A program made the translations under genes and the position numbers. A stretch of DNA of 64,000 nucleotides. Source: an uncultured Verrucomicrobiae bacterium (GTDB lineage Bacteria; Verrucomicrobiota; Verrucomicrobiia; Chthoniobacterales; JAATET01). The stretch is taken from assembly GCA_963719495.1 (NCBI GenBank), contig CAVRCI010000013.1, positions 32,001-96,000 on the forward strand, read 5' to 3'. Under the pieces are notes generated by a model, which was not told the origin of the DNA, ran no database searches, and worked only from the letters and a program-made list of their open reading frames with translations. This document shows, piece after piece, positions 48,543 to 58,084 of this stretch (position 1 is the first letter of the stretch; every line of letters begins with the position of its first letter).

Positions 48543-49640
48543 ATGCTAACTCCCCGTATCCTGCGCTCGCCCATCCCGATCCTTTGCGCGATCGCGACTT
48601 CAGTCGGACCGCTCATCGGAGCGGAATTCACCACCACCCCCGTGGGATTCAACAAAGTCGAATGCCTCGGCGGGGCCGACACCACGGTCTCCGTCCCCTT
48701 CGTCCGCCAGCCATCGCTCGAGGCGAAGGTCCAGAGCGCAACCGCACCAGCCGCCAACCGCGTCCAACTCGAGGTCGCTGGCAACACGACCTGGACCGGC
48801 GACCAATACGCCGGCACCCACTACGTCCGCTTCATCACTGGCAACCGAGCCGGCCAGTGGTATGACGTCGTCAACAACGGGTCCAACACCCTCATGCTCG
48901 ACACCGCCGGCGACGCCCTCGCCGCCAACGTCACCGCCAACGACCGCTTCCTCCTCGCCCCCCACTGGACGCTCGATTCCCTCTTTCCACCAGCGGATCA
49001 AAACAACGGCCCCGGCTCCGTCATCCACCGCTCCCCCAGCCACAACCAACCCGACCGCCGATCGGAAGTTCAGCTCCCCAACCTCGCCATCGGCACCAAC
49101 CTCCCCGCCGGACCCATCTATTACCTCGTCGCCAACGGCTGGCGCGAAGAAGTCACCGGCAGCACCGTCGAAGCAGGCGGCACGGTCATCCCGCCGAACA
49201 GCAGCTTCATCATCCGCCACTACCCCGGCCACGCCACGACCACCTTCGCCCCCACCGGCTCCGTCCTCATGGGACCGGATGTCGTGACGCTCGCGACAAA
49301 TGCGGACAGCCGCCAAGATAACGAAGTCGCAATCACTCGTCCTGTTCCGGTGACGCTCGCGGACTCAGGCTTGGAGACTGGATTCGTGGAAAGCATTGGT
49401 CACTTACCTTTTCAAAAAAGAGATACCGTCCTGACCTTCGATCCAACGCAATACAAGGGTGAGGTCAACTCTGCCACCTACTACCGCCTCGGCGGAAACT
49501 GGTATCGAGACGACGGCCTAAGGGCTGCCAACCCAGTTGCCAATGAAGCAATCGTCTTCTCAGCGGGGAACGGTGTAGTCGTGAGGAAATACGCCTCTAC
49601 GGGCAACTCTGTCGTCTGGACGAATCTGCCAACTTACTGA
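48543..49640 (+). CDS. TIGR02597-like verrucomicrobial exported protein
   Basis: Signal peptide, TTPVGFNKVECLGGADTTVSVPF, PHWTLDSLFP, RQDN, RDTVLTFD, GVVVRK, C-terminal WTNLPTY. Confidence 0.75.
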   Translation: MLTPRILRSPIPILCAIATSVGPLIGAEFTTTPVGFNKVECLGGADTTVSVPFVRQPSLEAKVQSATAPAANRVQLEVAGNTTWTGDQYAGTHYVRFITGNRAGQWYDVVNNGSNTLMLDTAGDALAANVTANDRFLLAPHWTLDSLFPPADQNNGPGSVIHRSPSHNQPDRRSEVQLPNLAIGTNLPAGPIYYLVANGWREEVTGSTVEAGGTVIPPNSSFIIRHYPGHATTTFAPTGSVLMGPDVVTLATNADSRQDNEVAITRPVPVTLADSGLETGFVESIGHLPFQKRDTVLTFDPTQYKGEVNSATYYRLGGNWYRDDGLRAANPVANEAIVFSAGNGVVVRKYASTGNSVVWTNLPTY

Positions 49641-49649
49641 GGATTTTAG

Positions 49650-50306
49650 ATGCCAATCAAATCCTTCATCGTTCTCCCGGCGGCGCTCTTACTGGCTTCC
49701 GTCGGCTCACTAAGCGCCTCGGCGTTTAATCTTGAGGCGTCGATAGGCGGCTCAAACACAGCGTTTCCAACAGGATCTTACGGTTTTCTGGTCGCCGACA
49801 CGGCTGGGGACGGCTTCGAGTTTCTGTCCGATACCGCTCTCCTCCTTCAGAGCCGAAACGCGAGCGTCGGAGATCTGATCGGAGGCAACGATGTTGTTTT
49901 CAGCGTCAATCTCCTACTCCAAGACTTTGGATCGGCTCAAAACGGTTTTGTGCTATCGCTCACAAATTTTAATACCCAAGCGATCAATTTACAGTGGGAC
50001 GCGGGAGACCAATTCGGTTTGGTTTGGCTGCAGGGCAATACGAGTGATGCTGGTGACTCATTCGGTTTTTTCCGCAGCAACAGCGCGGGATCAGGAACAA
50101 TCGGATTCTCAACCCCGGCTACCGGTCCTGATCAGACGGTGACCAATCTCGCACAAGGCATCTCCGGAGGCAGCACTCCCGTCGGCGACTACACGCTGAA
50201 CAACGGCACCATCGCCGCCATTCCGGAGCCAGCGACGATCCTCCTGATCGGGTTCGCTCCGATCCTTCTGCGTCTCCTCCGCTCCGCCCGCGCCCGCCGG
50301 GCGTAG
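49650..50306 (+). CDS. PEP-CTERM protein
   Basis: Signal peptide; C-terminal IPEPATILLIGFAPILLRLLRSARARRA. Confidence 0.9.
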   Translation: MPIKSFIVLPAALLLASVGSLSASAFNLEASIGGSNTAFPTGSYGFLVADTAGDGFEFLSDTALLLQSRNASVGDLIGGNDVVFSVNLLLQDFGSAQNGFVLSLTNFNTQAINLQWDAGDQFGLVWLQGNTSDAGDSFGFFRSNSAGSGTIGFSTPATGPDQTVTNLAQGISGGSTPVGDYTLNNGTIAAIPEPATILLIGFAPILLRLLRSARARRA

Positions 50307-50417
50307 CCCGACATTCCGGGGGAAACCACGCATCCTTCCTGTCGGGTCGGGCATCCCGCCCGCCCCCAGTCACCGACTCGCGAAGCGACACAACCCGCCA
50401 CCCAACCCACCGCGGAT

Positions 50418-51140
50418 TTGACATTCCGCCCCCCCGCCCCGAAAACCTTCCGCGTCGTGCCAGTCGCCGAAGCCACCCCCTCCACCCGCGAGATTGCCCA
50501 TCGGATCGCCGACCGCTTCCCCCGCTCGCCCGCCCTCCGCGGCTACGTCCGCGGCAAGATCCGCATCGATCCCGTCTACGAAGCCGTCGCCCAACTCGTG
50601 CTCGCGGACCCCACTCCCATCCTCGACCTCGGGTGCGGCCTCGGACTCTTGAGCTACTATCTCCGCGAACGAGGCTTCGACCAACCGATCCACGGGATCG
50701 ACACCGCCGTCCGCAAGATCGGTCACGCCCAGCGAGCCATCGGGACGACCCCCGGCCTCACTTTCGCCATCGCCGACGCCGCCGTGCCGCCACCCGTCGC
50801 TCCAACGACCCTCGCACTCGACATCCTCCACTATTTCGACGCAGAGCGCCAAATCGAGCTCCTGCGCCACCTCGCCAATTCCATCCCCCCCGGCGGGAGC
50901 GTCATCATCCGCAACGCACCCCGGGACCGCTCGAGTTGGCGCTACTGGCTCACGTTCCTCGAAGAAATCTGGGTCCGCGTCTCCCGTTGGATCATCGCCA
51001 AGGACCCCATCAATTTCCCCTCCATCGATGAAATCGTCGCCCCGTTCGAAGCCGCCGGCTGCACCGTCACGGTCAAACCCCTCTGGGGAAAAACCCCCTT
51101 CAACAGCCACCTCTTCATCTTCACCAAACCGGAGGCGTAA
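50418..51140 (+). CDS. Class I SAM-dependent methyltransferase
   Basis: ILDLGCGLG, GID, LDILHY; start uncertain. Confidence 0.85.
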   Translation: MTFRPPAPKTFRVVPVAEATPSTREIAHRIADRFPRSPALRGYVRGKIRIDPVYEAVAQLVLADPTPILDLGCGLGLLSYYLRERGFDQPIHGIDTAVRKIGHAQRAIGTTPGLTFAIADAAVPPPVAPTTLALDILHYFDAERQIELLRHLANSIPPGGSVIIRNAPRDRSSWRYWLTFLEEIWVRVSRWIIAKDPINFPSIDEIVAPFEAAGCTVTVKPLWGKTPFNSHLFIFTKPEA

Positions 51141-51207
51141 AGCCCCCCGTATCCAGCCACCGCGAGAGGTTGCCCCGCCAGCCGTCCGCCGGTAACTTCG
51201 CGAAAGC

Positions 51208-51654
51208 ATGACCGCCCACTCCCCGGAAGCCCGCTTCGATTGGGCGCTCAATTTTTGCCGCGAGAAGGGCCTCCGCCGCACCCACGCCCTCCGCCAAATC
51301 CTCCGAGTCCTCTTCCGCCTCGACCACCCCATCGGCTGGGCCAATCTCGCCAAGGAGCCCGACATCGTCGACTCCTGCGATCCCTCGTCCGTCTTCCGAA
51401 TCCTCGTCAAACTCGAGGAAATCGGGCTCGTCCGCCGGATGGGCTCCCCCGAGCGATCCTACTACTTCATGCTCAACCTCCCCGGCGAGCACCACGAACA
51501 CCTCATCTGCACCGGCTGCGGCAAAATCGAAAACCTCGACGTCGAATGCCCGGTCGGAACGCTGGAAAAAAAGATCAAAGCCGCAACCGGCTACGACAAG
51601 CTCTACCACGAGCTCGACTTCTTCGGCATCTGCCCAAGCTGCCAACCAGCCTGA
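51208..51654 (+). CDS. Fur-family transcriptional regulator
   Basis: SSVFRIL helix, HHEHLICTGCG, GICPSC. Confidence 0.92.
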   Translation: MTAHSPEARFDWALNFCREKGLRRTHALRQILRVLFRLDHPIGWANLAKEPDIVDSCDPSSVFRILVKLEEIGLVRRMGSPERSYYFMLNLPGEHHEHLICTGCGKIENLDVECPVGTLEKKIKAATGYDKLYHELDFFGICPSCQPA

Positions 51655-51796
51655 GGATCCTCAAGAAGCGACGGCTTCCAGCCGTCCATCCAACCCCAAC
51701 GGCGAAGCCGCCACTCCGCCCTTCAAGGAGCGGCGATTTGCAATCGCCGACCCAACCCAATCCGGCACCAGCCGGACACTTCCCACCCGTCACCCG

Positions 51797-52450
51797 TCAC
51801 CCCACCAACCCCAACAGCTGATCCAGCGTCAAAAAAGCCAAACTCTCCACCACGAGATCCGCCCGACCCTCCAAAGTCTCCATCTCCTCCGTCGTCGCCA
51901 CCCCCACCGACTTCATCCCCCCGGCCCGCGCCGCCTCGAGTCCGACCAGCGCATCCTCGAAGACCACGCACCGCTCCGGTGCCACGCCCAGCAGCTCCGC
52001 CCCCTTCAGAAAAACCTCCGGGTCCGGTTTGCCATGACTCACGTCCTCGCCGGTTACGATCACCGCGAAGAACGACCGCAGTCCCGTGATTTCGCAAATC
52101 GTCTCGATGTTCGCCCGGTGCGTCGACGACCCCACCGCGCACGGAATCCCCGCGTCGCGCAGCATCGTCAGCAGCTCCCGCGCGCCCCGCAGCGGAGTCA
52201 TCCCATCCCGCCGCATCAGCTCCCGGTAGAGTTCCTCCTTCCGCAGACCCAGCCGATGAATCTCGCCCGCCTCCGTCGCCCAGCCCAGCTCCGGAATGAT
52301 CCGTTCGTTCTTCTTGCCAAAGCCCCGCTTGAAGTGTCCCTCTGGCAGCGGCTTCCCGATCTCGTCCGCCAGCAATTCCCACGACTGCTCGTGCTGCGCC
52401 GACGAATCGATAATCACCCCGTCCCAATCAAATAGCGCGCCAAATTCCAT
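51797..52450 (-). CDS. HAD-family phosphatase (beta-PGM-like)
   Basis: FDWDGVIIDS, GKPDPEVF, VVFEDA. Confidence 0.93.
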   Translation of the reverse strand: MEFGALFDWDGVIIDSSAQHEQSWELLADEIGKPLPEGHFKRGFGKKNERIIPELGWATEAGEIHRLGLRKEELYRELMRRDGMTPLRGARELLTMLRDAGIPCAVGSSTHRANIETICEITGLRSFFAVIVTGEDVSHGKPDPEVFLKGAELLGVAPERCVVFEDALVGLEAARAGGMKSVGVATTEEMETLEGRADLVVESLAFLTLDQLLGLVG

Positions 52451-53171
52451 GCCCACCCCCTACTGGAAAAACCCCCGCGCCGCAAATCGAGTCAGCCTCC
52501 TCGTCCTCATCTTCGCCCTCACCATGACGTCCCCCGCCACCGCCGGACCCGACCCCGCCAGCGTCCCCACCCGCCAAGTCATCCTCGTCCACGGCATCTA
52601 CGACACCGCCTGGACGCTCCGCAAACTCGAACGCCGCCTCACCGAAGCCGGCTTCACGGTCCACGTCACCCCTTTCAAGCCGAACAACGGCAGCGTCCCA
52701 CTCGAGGAATCCGCCCGCCAGATTGCGGCCAGGATCGAAGCCGCCGTCCCGCCCGGCACCCCAATCTCCCTCGTCGGCTTCAGCATGGGCGGGCTCATCG
52801 CCCGCTACTACGTCCAGCGCCTCGCCGACCCATCCCAGGTCGAAACCCTAGTCACCATCGCCAGCCCCCACCACGGCACCTGGCTCGCTTGGTTTGGCCT
52901 TCACCAAGCCGTCCGCCAAATGCGCCCCGGCAGCGAATTTCTCGAAGAACTCGATTCCGACGTCGGAAAATTCTCCTCCATCCGCTGGGTCACCATCCGC
53001 ACCCCGCTCGACCTCATGATCCTCCCGTCCGTCAGCACCAAACTCGATTGGGCCGAAAACCACAGCTACCCCGTCCTCATGCACCCCCTCATCCCCTTCG
53101 ACGACCGCGTCATCGACCAAACGATCAGGTCTCTGAAAAATGAACCCGGCACCCAATCGATCACCAACTAA
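52449..53171 (+). CDS. Alpha/beta-hydrolase lipase/esterase
   Basis: VILVHG, GFSMGG nucleophile elbow, ASPHHGT; signal-like N-terminus. Alternative start at 52524. Confidence 0.88.
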   Translation: MPTPYWKNPRAANRVSLLVLIFALTMTSPATAGPDPASVPTRQVILVHGIYDTAWTLRKLERRLTEAGFTVHVTPFKPNNGSVPLEESARQIAARIEAAVPPGTPISLVGFSMGGLIARYYVQRLADPSQVETLVTIASPHHGTWLAWFGLHQAVRQMRPGSEFLEELDSDVGKFSSIRWVTIRTPLDLMILPSVSTKLDWAENHSYPVLMHPLIPFDDRVIDQTIRSLKNEPGTQSITN

Positions 53172-53288
53172 AAATCCTCTAAAAACTAACCCAACTAAAA
53201 CTCCTTCCGAAAAAATCCAGTCAATCCTGTAAATCCAGTTCATCCCGTTTCGTTGGCTAAAAACCCCCGCGGTCCCAAGCAGCCCCGA

Positions 53289-53780
53289 TCAGCACGAAGT
53301 CGGCTCCCGCCTCGCCAGCTTCACCCCGTGCGGCACCGCCCCCGCAACGAAGCCCAGACATTCCACCGCCCCGCTCGGCTTGCCCGGCAGCGCGACCACC
53401 AACGCCCCATCGACCACCGCCGCCATCCCGCGCGACAAAATCGCGTTCGTAGTGATCGCCAGCGATCCCGCCCGCATCGCCTCGCCGAACCCCGGGATTT
53501 CCACCCGCATCACCCCCCGAAGTGCCTCGGGCGTCACGTCCCGCTCCGCGATCCCCGTCCCGCCCGTCGTCAGGATCAGCCCGCAACCCTGAGCCGCCAC
53601 CGACCGCACCGCCGCGCGGATCCGCTCGACCTCGTCCGGCACGATCACCTCCGCCGCGACCCGCCACCCGCGCCGCTCGCACTCCGCCCGCACGGCCGGC
53701 CCACCCGCGTCCTCGTATTCCCCCGCCGCCGCCCGGTCCGACACGGTGATCACCCCCACCACGATCGCCGCGCCACTCAT
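53289..53780 (-). CDS. mog: Molybdopterin adenylyltransferase (MogA/MoaB)
   Basis: [32 protein letters not shown]. Confidence 0.9.
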   Translation of the reverse strand: MSGAAIVVGVITVSDRAAAGEYEDAGGPAVRAECERRGWRVAAEVIVPDEVERIRAAVRSVAAQGCGLILTTGGTGIAERDVTPEALRGVMRVEIPGFGEAMRAGSLAITTNAILSRGMAAVVDGALVVALPGKPSGAVECLGFVAGAVPHGVKLARREPTSC

Positions 53781-54232
53781 CCCTCGGCCTTCGTTTTTGC
53801 GGTCACCCGAATCTCCCCGATCACCATCCCCTTATCCACCGCCTTGCACATGTCGAAGATCGTCAGAGCCGCCACGCTCACCGCCATCAGCGCCTCCATT
53901 TCCACCCCCGTCCGAGCCGCCGTCTTCGCCCGCGCCGAAATCCGAATCCCATCTTCCACGATCTCAAAATCCACCCCGACCTCCGCGAGCGGCAGCGAGT
54001 GGCAAAGCGGAATCAATTCGTCCGTCCGCTTCGCCGCCTGAATCCCCGCGATCCGCGCCGTAGCCAGCACGTTCCCCTTCGCGATCCGGTCCGAAGTCAC
54101 CAGCTCGACGGTCGCCCCCGCCATCCGCACAAAACCCACCGCCGAAGCCTCCCGAGCCACCACCGGCTTCCCAGAAACGTCCACCATCCGAGCCGCCCCG
54201 CTCTCGTCAATGTGCGTCAACCCCTCACTCAT
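53777..54232 (-). CDS. moaC: Cyclic pyranopterin monophosphate synthase
   Basis: [28 protein letters not shown]. Confidence 0.97.
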   Translation of the reverse strand: MSEGLTHIDESGAARMVDVSGKPVVAREASAVGFVRMAGATVELVTSDRIAKGNVLATARIAGIQAAKRTDELIPLCHSLPLAEVGVDFEIVEDGIRISARAKTAARTGVEMEALMAVSVAALTIFDMCKAVDKGMVIGEIRVTAKTKAEG

Positions 54233-54268
54233 TTCTCATCTCTCATTTCAAATTTCAAATTCCGGCGG

Positions 54269-55270
54269 TCATCCGCCGATAGCCACCATCCCGCGCCCCG
54301 GCACGTAGGAATCGCGAAAATCGTGCTCCCGCGGCTTCCGCGCGACCACGTCCATGAAGATCCCCCGCAACTCCGCGTCCGACGCCCCGCCGCGCAGCGC
54401 CTCCCGCAGATCGAATTCCAAATGGCTCCCCAGGCAGGGCCGCAACTTCCCCTCACACGTCAGCCGCATCTTATTGCAGCTCTCGCAGAAGTGCAGATCC
54501 GTCATCGCACCGATGAACCCGATCCGCTGACCCGTCCCCGGCACTTGGTAATAAACCGCCGGCCCGTTCGTGCGAAACCCCGGCTCCGGGATCAGCTCGC
54601 CAAACTCCGCCCCGATCCGCCGCCGCGCCTCCCGGATCGGCAGGAACGAATCCTCCGCCAGCACATCCCCCGTCGTCACCGGCATCAGCTCGATGAACCG
54701 CAACAACAACCCACGTTCCGCCGCGAATTCCACCAACAATCGCAGCGCCGCCTCCGACCGCCCCCGCATCAGCACCGCGTTCAATTTGATCGACTCGAAC
54801 CCCGCCACCCTCGCCGCCTCGATCCCGGCCAGCACCTCCGGCAAAAAGTCCCGCCCGGTCGCCGCCGCGTAATCCGCCCGATCCAGCGTGTCCAACGATA
54901 CGTTCACCGTCCGCACCCCCCGCGCCCGCAACCCAGCCGCCATGGTCACACCCGGCTCCACCTCCCGCGCCAGCAGAGTTCCGTTCGTCGACACCCCGAC
55001 GTCGTCGATCTCCGGGATCGCGCCCATCAGTTCGAAGAGCTCCAGGATCCCCCGCCGAGTCAACGGTTCGCCCCCCGTCACCCGCACCTTCCGCACCCCC
55101 AGCAACACCGCGATCCGCAGCACGCGCGCGATTTCCTCGTAGCTGAGGATCTCGTCCCGACTCCGCCATTCCTGAAGCTCCTGTGGCATGCAGTAGCCGC
55201 ACCGCTCGTTGCAGCGATCCGTCACGGACACCCGAAGATATGAAATGATGTGCCCAAACGCGTCCTCCAC
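54269..55270 (-). CDS. moaA: GTP 3',8-cyclase
   Basis: YLRVSVTDRCNERCGYCM radical SAM motif, TGGEP, FCESCNKMR, C-terminal IGG. Confidence 0.97.
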   Translation of the reverse strand: MEDAFGHIISYLRVSVTDRCNERCGYCMPQELQEWRSRDEILSYEEIARVLRIAVLLGVRKVRVTGGEPLTRRGILELFELMGAIPEIDDVGVSTNGTLLAREVEPGVTMAAGLRARGVRTVNVSLDTLDRADYAAATGRDFLPEVLAGIEAARVAGFESIKLNAVLMRGRSEAALRLLVEFAAERGLLLRFIELMPVTTGDVLAEDSFLPIREARRRIGAEFGELIPEPGFRTNGPAVYYQVPGTGQRIGFIGAMTDLHFCESCNKMRLTCEGKLRPCLGSHLEFDLREALRGGASDAELRGIFMDVVARKPREHDFRDSYVPGRGMVAIGG

Positions 55271-55327
55271 GAGCGCAACCTAGCAACGAGACCCCAGAAT
55301 CCAAAAACCTAATCCGCCGCAGTTCAA

Positions 55328-55387
55328 CACCCCTCCGCCTGCAAAACTTTGGTGCGGCCGCATCAAAGTTTTGCAGGCGGAGGGGTG
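55328..55387. repeat. 60-bp near-perfect palindrome
   Basis: CACCCCTCCGCCTGCAAAACTTTGGTGCGG|CCGCATCAAAGTTTTGCAGGCGGAGGGGTG; 29 of 30 pairs are Watson-Crick plus one G-T, no spacer. Confidence 0.95.
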
Positions 55388-55462
55388 GCATCATTTTTTT
55401 CACCGGCTCGAAATCTAAACTTCTCGCGCCCGCGTTCCGCCCGGGTTTAATTCGGAGCCAGC

Positions 55463-55798
55463 ATGGACATCAAAGTAACGCAGGAAGACGGCACCACCAC
55501 GCTAGCCCCCAAGGGAGAAATCGATCTCCACGCCTCGCCCAAGCTCCGCGAAGCCCTCCACGAGCAGGCGCAAAACAAGACCCCCGTCCTGCTCACCGAC
55601 TTCTCCGGCGTCGCCTACATCGACTCCTCCGGTCTCGCCACGCTCGTCGAATACGTCCGCGATTCCAAATCCTTCAACGGCAAGTTCGCCCTCTACGCCC
55701 TGCAGCCCAAAGTCAAAATGGTCTTCGAGCTCGTCCGCCTCAACGAGCTCTTCACCATCACCGACACCCGCGAAGAAGCCCTCCTCGCAGTCGGGTGA
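55463..55798 (+). CDS. STAS domain protein (anti-sigma factor antagonist/MlaB-like)
   Basis: GEIDLHASP, DFSGVAYIDSSGLATL. Confidence 0.92.
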   Translation: MDIKVTQEDGTTTLAPKGEIDLHASPKLREALHEQAQNKTPVLLTDFSGVAYIDSSGLATLVEYVRDSKSFNGKFALYALQPKVKMVFELVRLNELFTITDTREEALLAVG

Positions 55799-55897
55799 TG
55801 GGTCGGAAAGTCCAAGGTCCCAAAGTCAAAAGGTCCGAAAACCAATCGCCCCAGCGATTCAAAAATTGACCTTCCGACCTTCGACCTTCCGACCCAC

Positions 55898-56632
55898 ATG
55901 ATCCCTCTCACGGTCCGTGTTCTCTACTGGACCTTCGTCGCGCCCTTCCGCGGACGACCCGTCAACCTCTCCGCCGTCTTCCAACAGCTCGTCCGCATCG
56001 GCGTCCAGGCCGTTCCGATGACGGCGCTCACCTCCCTCAGCATCGGCTTCACGCTCGCCATGCAGGGCGCGCACGAGCTCGCCCGCATGGGCGCCACTGC
56101 CTACGTCCCCGACCTTGTGAGCATTTCGCTCCTGCGCGAGCTCGGACCGCTCCTCGTCGGAGTCGTCGTCATTGGCCGCAGCGGTTCCGCCGTCACCGCG
56201 GAGCTTGGAACCATGAAAGTTTCCGAGGAAATCGAAGCCCTCGAGATCATGGCGATCGACCCCGTCCGCTACCTCGTCGTCCCGCGCTTTCTCGCGATGA
56301 TGATCATGCTCCCGGTCCTCACCGTCTTTGGCGACGCCATCGGGATCTTTGGCGGCTGGAGCGTCTGCCATTTTGCCCTCGAAATGCCCACCGGCACCTT
56401 CGTCCGCCGCTTCCTCGAAGCCGCCACCCCGATGGACCTCTGGAGCGGCATCATCAAGAGCGTCGTCTTCGCGTGGCTCATCATCACCATCGCCTGCCGA
56501 TCCGGACTCACCGTTCAGGGCGGAGCCGAGGGCGTCGGTCAATCGACCACCAATTCCGTCGTCAAAAGCATCCTGGCCATGCTCATCGCCAACGCCGCCC
56601 TCACCGCCATCTTCTTCGTCGCCGAGCGCTGA
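55898..56632 (+). CDS. mlaE: MlaE family ABC permease
   Basis: RELGPLL, GRSGSAVTAELGTMKVSEEIEALE, GAEGVGQSTT. Confidence 0.93.
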   Translation: MIPLTVRVLYWTFVAPFRGRPVNLSAVFQQLVRIGVQAVPMTALTSLSIGFTLAMQGAHELARMGATAYVPDLVSISLLRELGPLLVGVVVIGRSGSAVTAELGTMKVSEEIEALEIMAIDPVRYLVVPRFLAMMIMLPVLTVFGDAIGIFGGWSVCHFALEMPTGTFVRRFLEAATPMDLWSGIIKSVVFAWLIITIACRSGLTVQGGAEGVGQSTTNSVVKSILAMLIANAALTAIFFVAER

Positions 56633-56750
56633 AAAGCGCACCAAACCCCGGAGGGCAGCCGGAGCGAAGCTGAGACAGTCGGGAAACTCTCCGACAACGC
56701 TCCCGCCGAGCCGTGATCTTTCACCAGAAAGTCCCGCCCTGCCTGCGACA

Positions 56751-57605
56751 TCACCCCACCCGGGCCAACGCCAACAACGCCCGTAACCGTTCCTCCGTCG
56801 CCGCCGACGTCTTCGCGACGAACCCCCGCGCGTGCGCGAAATGCACGTCCGCCTCCCCGCCGATTCGCCCGAAATCAAACCCGGGATCATCCCGAAAACG
56901 CGACAAACCGTAGCCCGCCCCCCGGCGATCCGGATAAACGGTCGCCCGCACCTCCTCTTCCAATCCGATCGACTCGATGTAGCGGTCCAATCCCATCGAA
57001 GGCTCCGCCGGCAGCGGCTCGGTCCGCGGCAGGAAGAGCACGCTCCCGCCCGCAACCTCCCAAATGACCGCGTGCTCGGCCACGAAGTCCAGCCGCTCCC
57101 GCATCGACCGAACGAAGTCGACGAGATCCTCCCCGACCATCCGCATCACCTCCCAGAGCGGATCGCCCGCACCCAGGCGCTCGGCCCGCGCGAACCTCCG
57201 CAGCAACGTCAGATCGATCGGCGAGTTCAGCCGCGACAGCGCATCCCGCTCCACCCCCAGCCACTTCGCCGTCGAGATCGGCCCCGTCACGTCGAAGCGC
57301 TCGGCCGTTTCCAACCAATCGCAGAAGTTCCGAGCATCCTCGTAGATCCCCAGATCCATCAGCACGAGGCTCAGCGCGCAGATCGGTTCGTGATCGGCGG
57401 GAAATTGGTGGTGGTCGAAATTCGACCGCTCCGGCGCGTGTTCGCCGCCGACGTCCACGACAATCGTCGCCGCATCCGCCAGATCCTCCGCGGTCGGCTC
57501 CCGCCGAACAATCTCGCAGGAATGAACGGAAGCCAGGACGCAACACGCCAGAAATTCATCCTTATGCGCGCCGCCCGGGTGAGTGAGAATTCGATCGATC
57601 GTCAT
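56751..57605 (-). CDS. MYG1 (UPF0160) family metal-dependent hydrolase/exonuclease
   Basis: THPGGAHKDE, VDVGG, FDHHQF, FAHARGFVA. Confidence 0.85.
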   Translation of the reverse strand: MTIDRILTHPGGAHKDEFLACCVLASVHSCEIVRREPTAEDLADAATIVVDVGGEHAPERSNFDHHQFPADHEPICALSLVLMDLGIYEDARNFCDWLETAERFDVTGPISTAKWLGVERDALSRLNSPIDLTLLRRFARAERLGAGDPLWEVMRMVGEDLVDFVRSMRERLDFVAEHAVIWEVAGGSVLFLPRTEPLPAEPSMGLDRYIESIGLEEEVRATVYPDRRGAGYGLSRFRDDPGFDFGRIGGEADVHFAHARGFVAKTSAATEERLRALLALARVG

Positions 57606-57760
57606 TGGGCGGCCAACCGTAGCTGGCTCCTAGTGGATGACAACCCCGTCCCGCCTTCGCCGGATGCCGAACCATCGGCTCGATTGATTTTAACTAACCA
57701 TCTGATGGATCCGGGCATCGCCGCTTTACTAAAGGCCCCTCGCTGGCAAATTATCAATCC

Positions 57761-58084
57761 GTGGAGCAGGCCGAATACGACGCATTGGCTCGCCGCAAAG
57801 TCGCGGCGGCGGCGGAACACCGGTCGGCCGTCACCCGCCGCCGAGCCGTCATTGCAAAGCGAATCCTCGCCGATCCGGAGCGGGCTCTCCGACACGCTTA
57901 CCGGACTCTCGCCCGCAAGACCGCGCCCCAACAGCTCTGGAGCCGCGAAGCTTGGACCGATTTACTCCAACGAACCGCCCCGGCAGAGTGGGCCGAGCTG
58001 CTCACAAATCCTCCGGCGGATTCCGAAGCCCTCGCGGATTCCCACCCCTTCGGCGGACTCATCGTGACCTCCCATGGCCATTGA
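57761..58084 (+). CDS. Small hypothetical protein, putative antitoxin partner
   Basis: 107 aa, helical: IAKRILADPER...WTDLL...LADSHPFGGL; overlaps the next gene by 11 nt. Confidence 0.65.
   Translation: MEQAEYDALARRKVAAAAEHRSAVTRRRAVIAKRILADPERALRHAYRTLARKTAPQQLWSREAWTDLLQRTAPAEWAELLTNPPADSEALADSHPFGGLIVTSHGH

Noticed and set aside
55271..55462. Moco riboswitch upstream of moaA
   Set aside because: The only clear structure is one long palindrome, not a multi-stem aptamer. An Rfam covariance search would settle it.
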